A stretch of 64,000 bases of DNA from Carcharhinus longimanus (Eukaryota), in NCBI GenBank assembly GCA_030264375.1, contig JASCQW010000128.1:11602873-11666872 (forward strand), read 5' to 3'. Each line of letters starts with the position of its first letter. The first letter of the stretch is position 1. Shown here one piece after another: positions 49,371-61,789 of the stretch. A program made the translations under genes and the position numbers. The notes under the pieces were generated by a model. That model was not told the DNA's origin. It searched no databases and worked only from the letters and a program-made list of their open reading frames with translations.

Positions 49371-51655
49371 GGTCACCCTCACTTGTGTTTCTCCTTCTGG
49401 TTTTTGACATCGTTCCACCTTGCCACACAACTCCACACAGTGCTAGCCACCAGTGTTCCTCCATGGATGGCGCCCATCATTGTCCTCCCCATTCCCTCTA
49501 TCAGCACAATTTTTCATTACACCATCTCCACCCAATTTCATCCACTGTTTGCTCTAGGTTGTGCAGCAACCCTGAAATTCTCTCTAAGGTTGAGCACAAG
49601 TTGGACCCTTTAAATAACCATGTGTGCACATGCACAACCAAGCAAAAAGTTTTAAAGGGTTCATGCATTAAAATGAATAGGCCATGTGCAAAAAAGAATT
49701 GGAGAGGACAAATGAACAGCCCTACCTGAGCATCCAACCCTCCCAACCGAGGTCTTCACTTACCAGAGGACCACAGTGATGATAGCAGTTACTGAATCTT
49801 TATTTTTTCACCAGTGACTGTTTACTCCCTGCTTGTTTACTGAAGGTAAGGCCCGAAGTCCAATGTTTGAGATGCTTCTGGCCTTAACTTTCAGGTGCAG
49901 CAACTGAATCCAGTTTTCCACCCCCTCAAAAACATCTCACAAAAGGCGTATCATTGTCTGAATAGGTCTGTGATTTTAAGGCAAGAATAGTGTGAGGTGA
50001 GAGGCTGTTCATCAGATACATTCAACTGCCTTAAACTGTCTATTCCATTCAGAATCACCCCCACTAGAATAATTTTAACTCGATTAGATACAGATTCAAA
50101 ATTATTTTGAACATATGCTACCTCTGAAACATCATTGCTAGGCATAAAATGAGAGTTAGATTATCAAATCCACTTCTGGAAATAAAAAATTATATTTTAT
50201 GGTTGCCCATTATAGAGTCTCTATTTCATTATCATTATATGTCAACTTAGTTTAAAGTTTTCATGATGAAATACATAATAAAGTGCCTAAAATTACATAC
50301 CTGCATACAATTTCGTAAGAAATAATACATAAATTCATTATTAACTGATTGAGCACAATTACGGCAATTCTACAAAATGCCTTTTGTTTTATACAATCAC
50401 CTCTGAACCACATAGATTGGTGACAATATTGATAGCAATGAAAATGGGTGCAGACCTAAAACTGATGAATTGCTGAGCAGATTTTTATTCCCACCTTTAT
50501 TCAGCAGAAAAATACAGTGGAACAGAACATGTGCAAATACTGTAACATGTGTATTGGGACAGGTTTTATTTGGCATATTATATCACCGAAATTTCCGTCA
50601 GCAATATCAAACCATGAGAAAGATGCTGACTTTGAAAATTCCTGGCACACATTCCAGTTACACCAGAATTATCCCTGGTGGAGCTAGCTAATCCCAATGT
50701 TGTGTACGGGAACTATGGGATGGTGCATTATCACGGGCCAGAACCCTTCTGAGACAGCTATCTGCCCACTTCATCAGTGAACTGAAGGGCCCTTACCTGT
50801 GTAATAACTTTTTTTTCACGTTATTGATTTATATTCAGGGCATTTATGAACTTCTCAGCTTTTGTGGGCAATATCAGCTTTTTTTGAAGCTATTAGCCAA
50901 TATTTTCTTGGCTGCCACATACGAAATATTAAATATCAGGTGTTGTAACAGTCTAGCTATTTAGCAATGTCATTTCTTAGCTTGATAACTGCACAAAAAA
51001 CGTCTGCCCGCCATCCACATACGGTATCTTAAATAAATCTAAGAATCTGAATGGAAAACATATTTTTATTTCCTTAAAAGCAATCTTTGAGCTAAGTTGA
51101 CAATGTCAACGCATGTAGAAAAGGTAGCAAGACTAATCTCATCTGAAACTGCAATCTCAAAATCAGCCATCTCACTTTAATTTCTGCACGTGCATTTTCT
51201 AAGCATATACAGCAACTGTCACAAAAATAACAGGATTATAAAATCAATTATTATCTAAGTTCAATTAAAGCCCCAGTCCAGCATGCTGGACTGCAACTTA
51301 CAAGCAGAACCAAATTATTTGATGATTATTTGTTGTTGGAAACAAAATCATTACTCAAATGTTTCTGAATTTCAGTTATCTGTGTGATTGTTACACTTTC
51401 ATACACACATGACTTCTTTATCACCTCACTTTATAGAAAAAAGACTTGGCATGAACTCTTGCTATTATTTCCACTTGGGCACAAGCACTGCCAAAGTCTT
51501 GGGTTACTATCCGTCCATCCAATCCGTTTCCTCTGCTTTCCCAAAATCATTCCATTTTCCAATCAGACTGCCTTGATCAGCATTATATCTAATGAATCTC
51601 TCTTGCTCACAATAACATGTCACCTTAGTCAAATCACACAATGAAACAAGTTTTC

Positions 51656-53516
51656 CCAACCAGAAATCATAGATGAACAGGGATATCCACTACTTGCTAA
51701 AGTCTATGTCTGAAGCGTTCAAGTCAGGAGACCCTGACCGATACAAGAAAGCCAGATACCATCGAAGGAAATCCATCAAAGATGCCAAAAGACAGTACTG
51801 GACCAAGCTAGAGTCCCAGGCTAGCCACATGGACCCCCGTCGACTATGGCAAGGCCTGCAAGATATAACAGACTACAAGAAGAAGGCATGTAAAATTGCT
51901 GGCTCCTACGCAACCCTCCCTGATGAACTTTATGCATTCTGTGCCCATTTTGAGCAAGAGGTCAGTGAGAACACACCCCCACCCCCACACTCTGGAAGCC
52001 TTGGATGAACCTGTACCGAAGTCACTCCTGCAGATATCAGAGCAGCCTTCTTGAAGGTCAACCTGCAGAACGCAACTAGCCCAGATGGATACCCAGACAA
52101 GCACTCAGATCCTGTGTGGCTCAGCTGGCAGTGGTATTCACAGACGTCTTCAACCTTTCTCTACAACAATCTGAGGTCCCTGTCTGCTTCAAGAAGACAA
52201 CAATCATCCCAATACCAAAGAAAAGACAAACAGCGTGCCTTAATGACTAACATCTGGTGGCTCTGACATCCATCATTATGAAGTACTTCAAAAGGTTAGT
52301 CATAGGATGAATCAATTCCAGCCTCCTAGATTGCCTGGATCCATTACAGTTCATCTACCACTGCAACAGATCCACACAGATGCCATCTCCCTGACCCTGC
52401 CCTCAACCCTGGAACACTTAGATAACAAAGTTATCTGTGTCAGATTCCTATTTATTGATTACAGCTCAGCTTTCAACATGATTATTCCTACGGAATTCAG
52501 CTCCAAGTTCCATGGCCTGGGACTTGACTCTGTCCACTGCAACTGGATCTTGAACTTCCTAATCCACAGACTACAATCAGGAAGGTCAGGCAACAACTTC
52601 CTCCACGATCATTCTCAACACTGGTGCCCCATAAGGCTGTGTTCTCAGCCTCCTACTGTACTCCTTATACATCTATGACTATATATCAAATTTCCCTCCA
52701 ATTTGATTTTCAAGTTTGCTGATGACACACCATAGTGGGTCAGATCTCAAACAATGATGAGGCAGAGTACAGGAATGAGATAGTGAACCTGGTGAGGCAA
52801 CAATAATCTCTCCCTCAATGTCAACAAAATGAAGGAGATTGTCATCGACTTCAGGGAGCACAAAGGAGAACATGCCCCTGTCTACATCAACGGGGACAAA
52901 TTAGAAAGAGTCGAGAGCTTCAAGTTTTTAGGCGTCCAGATCACCAACAATCTGTCCTGGTCCCCCATGCCAACACTATAGTTAAGATAGCCCACCAATG
53001 CCTCTACTTTCTCAGAAGACTAAGGAAATTTGGCATGTCAGCTACAACTCTCACTAACTCTTACAAATGCACCATAGAAAGCATTCCTTCTGGTTGTATC
53101 ACCACTTGGTATAGCTCCTGCTCTGCCCAAGACCGCAAGAAAATACAAAAGGTCGTGAACGTAGCCCAACCCAACATGCAAAACAGCCTTCCATCCATTG
53201 ACTCTGTCTACACTTCCCGCTGCATTGGCAAAGCAGCCAGCATAATTAAGGACTCCATATACCCTGGACATACTTTCTTCCACCTTCTTCCGTTGGGTAA
53301 AAGATACAAAAGTCTGAGGTCACAGCTTTTTCCCTGTTGCCATCAGACTTTTGAATGGACCTATCTTGCATTAAGTTGATATTTCTCTACGCCCTAGATA
53401 TCACTGTAACACTATATTCTGCACTCCCTTGTTTCCTTCTCTATGAACAGTATACACAAGAAACAATACTTTTCATAGTATACTATTACATGTGACAATA
53501 ATAAGTCAAATCAAAT
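51656..53516 (+). mobile_element. Rex1/Babar LINE, 5'-truncated, with probable target-site duplication
   Basis: AFKSGDPDRYKKARY, FIDYSSAFNMII, FADD; (AAATC)n tail; caagttttc flanks both ends (51647-51655 and 53517-53525). Confidence 0.9.
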
Positions 53517-53888
53517 CAAGTTTTCATCAACACCTCTACAAACCACTTTATGGTGCTTAGAAGTAAAGCTACTCTTCGGTAGGTTTTCAGCCTTGATCTT
53601 CTTTGGTATCTCGAGTATTTTTCATTATTCAACAGCTGTCCTGCATTAAGAAAATATCTAGAAAATATCCTTCAAAAATCCCATGCACTAATAGTGAGCA
53701 TGGAAATGAAATTAAATCACTAAATCTGGAAATAAATTTGCATCACAAGTGAATTCATAAACATAATGCAACTTCTGTAGAAAATTATGCTCCCAATCCT
53801 AAAATCTATTGAACAACACAAAAATTCCTACAATTACAAAAATCTAACTACCTCTGGGTAAGCCCATCACTAATAAAAGCTACAGATT

Positions 53889-54225
53889 CATAAGAACATA
53901 AGAACATAAGAAATAGGAGCAGGAGTAGGCCATCTGGCCCTTCGAGCCTGCCCCGCCATTCNNNNNNNNNNNNNNNNNNNNNNNNNNNNNNNNNNNNNNN
54001 NNNNNNNNNNNNNNNNNNNNNNNNNNNNNNNNNNNNNNNNNNNNNNNNNNNNNNNNNNNNNCCCCTCAACTCCGGTATCAGCCTAGTAAACCTCCTCTGC
54101 ACTCCTTCCAAGGCCAAAATATCTTTGCGCAGGTGCGGTGCCCAAAACTGCACACAGTACTCACCAATGCCCTATACAGCTGCAGCAAGACCTCCCTACT
54201 TTTATATTCAATCCCCCTCGCTATG
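53889..54225 (-). mobile_element. Young CR1 3' end spanning a gap
   Basis: [29 protein letters not shown] plus the (cataagaa)n tail. Confidence 0.88.
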
Positions 54226-55954
54226 ATTCCTGACTTGACTATATGACCCTGAAGTGCCAGTTAGCGGTGATAATTCTGGGGCAACAGTTCTTTTTAGCTT
54301 TCGTTCTCTAAAATGGAGTAAACCATTGGCTGAAGACTGATGTTCTTTCACTTACTTCACGTGTTCAGCATTACCAATATAACCCCATTGACATCTGGAA
54401 GCAAAATGCACAAACAAAATTTTTTTGCTTTTCACAAAATGAAATAGGAAAGGTGTGCAATGCAGAGAATGCAGCTTTCTGAAAAGCTCGGAGTGGTTTG
54501 CAAATGACTATGAGCTGGAATAAAAATTAGTCACACGATGAGTAACATCACTTGATATGGAGATTACACCAAAATTGCTCTTTAAAAGAAATCAGACTTT
54601 TACAATTACTGAAGAACTATCTAGCAACATAACAAATATTTCCAAAATAATATGATATTATCACATATAATAGCCAGTGCACTTAATATCTGAGGGAGAG
54701 TACAGTACAATCTCTGATGATGTTGCATTATATCCATTAGCTGGAGTTCACCTGTCCTTTATGTTGTATATGACAACCTAGCCAAGACTGTCAGAACTGG
54801 CATCATTGTCATCATAATTGAAATCATAAATTATAGCATGGATTTAGCCAAGCAAATTCTCATGACCATTTAATTTAGACTGGCAATTACCTATACAATT
54901 CAGTCCATTGAAATCCAGATCAGGTTTCTCAAGTTTTGTTGAAAAACTGCTGTCCTTTGATGGTCAGATCAAAGCCATTACACTCTGAATGTAACACTGC
55001 TTTAACTTTTTTTTTCACAGCTTTCTTCCGAAAGTCTAGGAAGATAAGCAAAATATTTTGCACAATCACTACATCCAATAACCTTTGCGTCTATAACCTC
55101 AGTCCCCAAACCATCCTGAAAGGTCAGCGTATGTCAGCCAGCCACACTTTCTACCTTTGGTGGAAACATCTATACCTTAGAGCGCAGCCCACATATACTG
55201 ACTGCTCCACCAAAATTTCATCAATTCAGCACTTGAGATATAAATGAGCAAGTGTCTACTTCAACACAGTGCCAGGCGGATTTAACTTATATTAATCAGC
55301 AATTAGGACCAAAATTGTGTGCTAAAACCAAACTTCTAAATAATTGCAATACTCATTTAGCACCTCGTTTCATCTTTTCACCAAAATGACCACCACTTAT
55401 ATTACTCAGAATCAGATTTCCTGCAATTTTTACCCTACTGTTGCAACAAGTTTCTGATCATTTGTACAGAAATCCGTACAGGTCTGTATATTTCTAAATT
55501 TATTTTTTGTAAACTGTTCAAAGTAGACCATCCAACACCCACAATTGTCCAGCCTAAAAGTCAAAATGGCCCGGATTTTCACAGAGCCTTGGAGACTCCA
55601 TTAACCTTCCAAAGTGGAGGTTGGGATCTGGATCCAGAAATCAGTCACACTCATATTTCCAACACATCCCATTTTTGCTGCTAGACAAATTCACATGTGG
55701 GAAATTCAAACATGGCAGAGCCATTTGGATTCTAACCCTATTTTCGCTGCAGCCAGGGCCTTAATCAGCATTTTGAGAGTAACTTTTTTTTAAAGATTAG
55801 ATGTAAATGCTTCTGAAAGACAAAAAGAGTCTGTTGCATTATCAAACAGTACCCCAGCACTTGCAAAAAAACAACAGACTGCCTGTGTCAGTGAGGGTTA
55901 AAATATCTGGTCCAGCAGTTACAATAACTATTCACTGGAATTTTCCTAAAGGCT

Positions 55955-56350
55955 ATCTTTTCTTTATCTTAAGGGATCCGAGAATTGCTGGCAAGGCCAG
56001 AATGTTTTACCCAACCTCAACTGCTTTTGAACTGAGTGACTTGTCAGGCAAGTTAAGAGGGAAGTTAAGTGTCATTTACATCATTGTGGATCTGGAATCA
56101 CATGTCAGCCAGGCCAGATAAGGACAGTAGATTTCCTTTCCTGAAGGGTATTAGTGAACCACTTGGATTTTTATATCAATCAATAACAGTTTCATGGTCA
56201 CTATTTTTGAGACCAACTTTCAATTCCAGATTTTATTAATTGGATTTAAATTCCACCAGTTGCCACGGTGCAATTTCAATCCACAACACACAGCGTTAGC
56301 TTTGTGTTCTAGATTACTAGTCCAGTGATCCACCATTATGCCATCATCAC
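55955..56350 (-). mobile_element. tRNA-derived SINE, second family
   Basis: Homologous to 22395-22722 (gtcagccaggccagataaggacagtagatttcct, attagtgaac, agattactagtccagtga). Confidence 0.7.
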
Positions 56351-59331
56351 CCACAATCTTATAATTAACCTGGCCCTGACCTCTCAATTTTACAGACAAC
56401 TCAAAGAGGTTATTGAGGAGTTGGCTGTCTTTGATGTGGGGTTGTCACCACAAGGCTGTTTTCAGGAATTAAGTTTTGAATGGGCTTCCATAAGTGGGAT
56501 TATTTATTATATAATATTTACTGTAAAAGATATTTAGAACTTTATTTTAGTACAGCTCAACATGGCTCCTGAATTCTGAACATGGTGGATATTCTGGGAG
56601 TTGGCAATGAGGGCCCAAAGTGGCATGAGTTGATAAGCTTGCTTGCATTGGGAGCGAAAATCTTGGCCGATGTAGAAGGATTGCTTTATTAATAACCAAA
56701 ATTTCCTTTAAGAAACAACAAAATAAAACAACTGAGCTGTAGCCTGGATTATTTGACCATCCAAAGCAATGGTGGATGAAGATTAGAAAATCTGATAACA
56801 ATCTGAAAAGAACAGAGAGTCAGCAAGGTTTTTGGACTTGAACCCTAGCCAAGTTTCCCACAGACTCTACCAGGAAACCTAGCCTGTGGAAATTAAAAAG
56901 AAAACATTAGTTAAAACAGAGACACACAAGCTCTTTGAAATATTTTGCTGACCAATTCATCTCCTGAGAGCGAATTAGTTACCCAGCACAACACTCTTCA
57001 GCTACATTAACATCAGCTAGAGGCAAGTTTCCCACTGTTTTTATTTATATCCCCATTTGCCTCCTCCCTCACACCAACTGGGGGGGTTAAAATTACTCTC
57101 ATAGTTTTGAGAGAATATTTTGCTGTTTCATGAAGACTAAAACTGCCATCTCAATCTCTGTGATCAGTCAGTCTGCAAAGAGATCAAACAAGAAAAAAAG
57201 GCAAGGACATGGAAGGCATTTGGCTTTTCCCAATGGCTGTGTAAGCTTTGATACTTTAATCCCGCCAATTGGTTTTATCATGTATTGCCACCTCAGGTAT
57301 ATGGCTTGCAACTTAATATCTCACACTGGGAATTGTTCGAGTATTGATGGTACAAACAGCTTCAAAGCTGGAACAGAAAATATCAACTATATGATGTTTT
57401 TAACACAAAAAAATCTAACAACATAGTGGCATAACATAGCAACCAATGTAACTGAATATCAGGCACTGCAAAAAATAGTGGTAATCCATTGCTGTCTGTT
57501 TTACGCCATCGTCCAAGGTCGTTAAGTGTCCAAATGATCAATTTTCACAGCTTTCCTTAACTGACAACATTGGAATTTATTAACTGCCAAAACTATTTGA
57601 GTGATAAGAGTCAAATTAAAAATACCCAGCACAGTTTGACATTAATTTCAGACCTGAATTTTTGGGTTTGATATTTGTATAAAGCTCTACTAAAATAAAC
57701 ACTTCACAGAGCAGAAAAAAAATTACTGAATAATTGACAGACAGCACTAATAGACTGCATTGAGAATTTTAAACTTGTCTCATGCAGATACATTTTTTGA
57801 ATTCTGAGTTTGTTAGGAGTGCGTGACCATTGAGCTAAAGAATTATAGGCATAGAACATTCATTAGCGATAAATGGGGGAAAATATTCCGACTTAGTTTA
57901 TTTAAAAAGGAACAGACAATTTAGATGAGCTGATTGAAAGTCCTGATATTATTGTGAAAACGTCTGCTATTTAATGTCATTAACTTACATTAAAAACAGA
58001 CACATGCAGCAACTGAAATCCAAACTATTTATGAATACACAACTTTAATATAGGGCCAAATTAAATTATATTTCACATTTATCAATTCTTAGAAATGAAA
58101 CTGGTTTGAAAGGTACATTAGTTTATCACAATTGCACAAAGATTAAACAATATAGACTTTAGTTCGACATGTGCTCAGTAAAATAATGTTGCCACTTTAT
58201 GGAATTGTCTAAGCACATCTGATATTCATGTCTATTGAAGTCAATGGAAGTGACAATTGGGAGAAAGGATAACAGATAGCTAATCCAAAGTCAAACATTG
58301 CCCTTTAAGTGTTTTGCGTTGGGAGCTGACTTGACTTTAGCAATTGCCCCATGCAATAGAAGATGTAATCCAATTTAGCACAGCAATTAATGTGAAAAAT
58401 CCTAAGTTACTAGTTTTACTAACCATCTACCCAACTGCAATATAAATTCACAGAACATTGAGTACCTAATCATCCTGATAATGACTTTCTTTCTGAAGTA
58501 TCATTTGATATTTTAAAATCAGATGTCATTTTATTTATTAATTCCTTCCAACTGTCACTTTTCATACACAAAATGTTTATCCCTATCCACCATGCATCAT
58601 CTTTTTACTGTCACATTATTCAGGTGCAAATGCTGACAGTTCCTTCAAAATGGGAAAGCCATCAAAAATCTCCATAACTGCAACAGTCATAAATGACTAA
58701 AGAACATCATGGTGATTTTTTTTTGCACTCCTTTCTTGGAGATCGGCTATAAATCAGCATATTTTCCAATGCAGTAATATCTGCTTCAAGAAAATTGACC
58801 AACTCAAACTACACTATCAGATAAATCCAATTCTAATGTATTATTTTCATCTGATATACAAACCTCAAGGAATTATCAAGTATTATCACATTCTTCATTG
58901 AGTGACTTTTTTCATCTACAGGGAGGTGTGGAGGTGCATCCCAAATAATATTTTGCACCTATTTCTAAGAGTGCAATTTTGCTGACCACTTCTGAAACAG
59001 TAGAAGATGTTGATATATGTTATATACTGCATGGGTAGTCTACTAAAATGGGGACAATGGTAGTGTATTCCTTATCCGCGCATATGACTTGTGCATTCCT
59101 GCTTTTTCTTTGATCTGGACATCTAGTTCAGTCCACCAGAAGTATCTTCTCGTGAATTCTTTAATTTGAACTAAACATGAAGGTTCTTCATGTAAACTGT
59201 TCCAATATTCATTGTCGCAAGAAATTATTACCCTCATTCCCTACAACAAGCATCCATCCCATACTGTTAACTCAAGTTTTCTCAAAACACATGGCTCTAA
59301 TTTGGAATATGTTCCCACGGTCCTGCCTTTT

Positions 59332-59402
59332 AACATAAGAACATAAGAAATAGGAGCAGGAGTAGGCCATCTAGCCCTTCGAGCCTGCCCCGCCATTCAA
59401 TA
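59332..59402 (-). mobile_element. Young CR1 3' tail next to a gap
   Basis: Same ~70-nt tail as at 15050. Confidence 0.85.
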
Positions 59403-60663
59403 NNNNNNNNNNNNNNNNNNNNNNNNNNNNNNNNNNNNNNNNNNNNNNNNNNNNNNNNNNNNNNNNNNNNNNNNNNNNNNNNNNNNNNNNNNNNNNNNNN
59501 NNNNNNNNNNNNNNNNNNNNNNNNNNNNNNNNNNNNNNNNNNNNNNNNNNNNNNNNNNNNNNNNNNNNNNNNNNNNNNNNNNNNNNNNNNNNNNNNNNNN
59601 NNNNNNNNNNNNNNNNNNNNNNNNNNNNNNNNATGTGAATTGAGCTATTGGTGAAATTTCCGCACTCTAAATAAAGATGCCTTTTTCTTCAACTGGGCAT
59701 TATTTTATTCAGCACTAGTCAAGGTGTGTGCAATGTGGAAGTCTTTCTTCCCCTGATGCTAGGGTGTATGATACCATCACTCCAAATCTTACAGCAAGTT
59801 GTAGTGGTAACTGTGGGTTGAAATGTACCAACTCTTCTGACTTCTTCAGGGTTTCTTTAACTATCTGATAAACCTTTTCACACCCCAGTGTCCATTTCCA
59901 ACCCTGTTTTGTGCACAATAAATGGCTGAATGAGAGTTGCTAGATTTGAGACAAATTTGCATAATTAATCAATCTAATGAATGATCTTAATTGTGTTACA
60001 TTCATTAGTCATGGGACCTTCATAATTATCTCCATCTTCTTAGGTGCCTTGTGGAAGTCCTTGCTATCAATCACATAGTCTAAGTATTGTACTGACATTT
60101 GGAAGAAGTCAAACTTAGCTTTCTTGACACAAAGACCATGCATCTGAAGGCATTTCATCATGGCTTCCAGGTTATGCAAGTGTTCCTGTTTGTTGGTACC
60201 AGTGGTCAGTATGTCGTCATGGTAATATTGTACCACCTGCAAGCTGCATAAGATCTGGTCCACGGACTGCTGAAATAAAGCAGGTGCTGAAGTTATCCCA
60301 AAAAGTAATCACTTATAGTGGAATAGGTCTTTGTATGTTGATACTGAGCAGATGTTGAGATTCAGCTGCAATATTCATTTGCAGGTAGACCAGTCATAGG
60401 TTGAGTTATCCTGTTAGATTTAATAAATCCTCAATTAAAGGTAGTCGACATTGATCCACACACAAACTGGATTGATTGTTGTTTTCAAATCTTCGTAACT
60501 ATGTATGATCCCGTCCTATTTTATTATGTGCACAATAGGCATTGTCAGTCACTAGTAGTGACAGGTTCCAAGCCTCCTGTGTCTACACATTTCATGAATT
60601 TAGATTCTACCTTTGGACATATGGGGTAAGGTACTGTTCTTGCCTTAAGACACTGTTTTAATA

Positions 60664-61017
60664 ACGGAATCCCAATAGTGCACAAGGAGGCCACTTGGTC
60701 CTTCGAGCTTTCCCCAACAATAATCCCATTCAGGCCCTATCCCCATAACCCCATGATATTTATCCTGCTAGTCCCCCTGACACTAAGGAGCAACTTAGCA
60801 TGGCCAAGCAACCTAACATGGACATCTTTGAGCACAAAGGAGCAATTCAGCATGGCTAATCAACCTAACCTGCACATCTTTAGAGTGTGGGGGGGAAACT
60901 GGAATGCCTAGTGGAAACCTATGCAGACATGCGGAGAACATGCAAACTCTACAGACACNNNNNNNNNNTCCCTGGTGTTGTGAGACAGCAGTGCTAACCA
61001 TTGTGCCAGAGTGCTGC
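60664..61017 (-). mobile_element. V-SINE inserted in the Gypsy element, with an internal ~52-bp tandem duplication
   Basis: aaggagcaa..agcatggc.aa.caacctaac.tg.acatcttt occurs twice (about 60785-60829 and 60837-60880); head at about 60970-61017. Confidence 0.8.
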
Positions 61018-61789
61018 AAAGATTATGTTTGATCGTGTACTCCTTCCATGGATCCCAAGGTCTCATCAAATACACTACTGTATTTCTATAAGATGTTCTG
61101 CAGATCTGTCATACATTCAACTAACTTGTTCACAGCACTCTAGCTCGACTTTATCCTCTCCAGCCAAGAACAGCAAAACAGAGGTGAAAAACTTCCTCTA
61201 ACAACATGGAGCTCTGCTGTTTGCCCACTTGACTGCAATGTATCCTCTTAAAGCACTATTTCCTTGGTATAGGTCTTCAGGATGACATCTGCTGGCTTTA
61301 ATGAGACGTGATTCAATTTTTATTTATAGGTGGGCTCAGGAATTAGGGAGGTGGCAGCCCGCGTGTCGATCTCTATTTTGATAGGCTGTCCATATAAGTT
61401 TGGAACTGCCCAGAATCAATTCACGTTGGACTGAAAATACATTTAATTTCAATACCTCGTAAGATTTATGTGCTGTGATTTCATTGTTTTTATTCTTCTT
61501 TTCTTCTACACTGTAAATATTCTTTGTAAAATGCCTTTTATTCTTCCTTTTCAGTGTGTCCATCTGTCCTTCTACGGATATTCCTTTCTGGTGAAACAGG
61601 TTTCTGCCACCAAACTTGTGCTTTTGTTGGATAAAAGAACATAAAGTGATGGCATCTGAGGGTGGATGAAAACAATAACCCAGGTTCACTAATAAGGTTT
61701 TGAATATAGAGAGGTTTGATCTGGGCAACGGAAAAGCACATGAAGCAGCTGATTACATCACAAGTTATACAGGTAACTAGAATCTTTAG

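Larger units (their letters stand above)
58990..61330 (-). mobile_element. Decayed Ty3/Gypsy LTR retrotransposon pol region, interrupted by a SINE, a CR1 tail and a gap
   Basis: Protease-region LKPADVILKTYTKEIV (about 61260-61300); KYSSVFDETLGSMEG; RT FGITSAPALFQQ..YHDDIL; LVHFNPQLPLQLA (RNase H linker); RRYFWWTELDVQI (integrase zinc-binding region). Domain order PR-RT-RH-IN. No LTRs identified. Confidence 0.85.
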
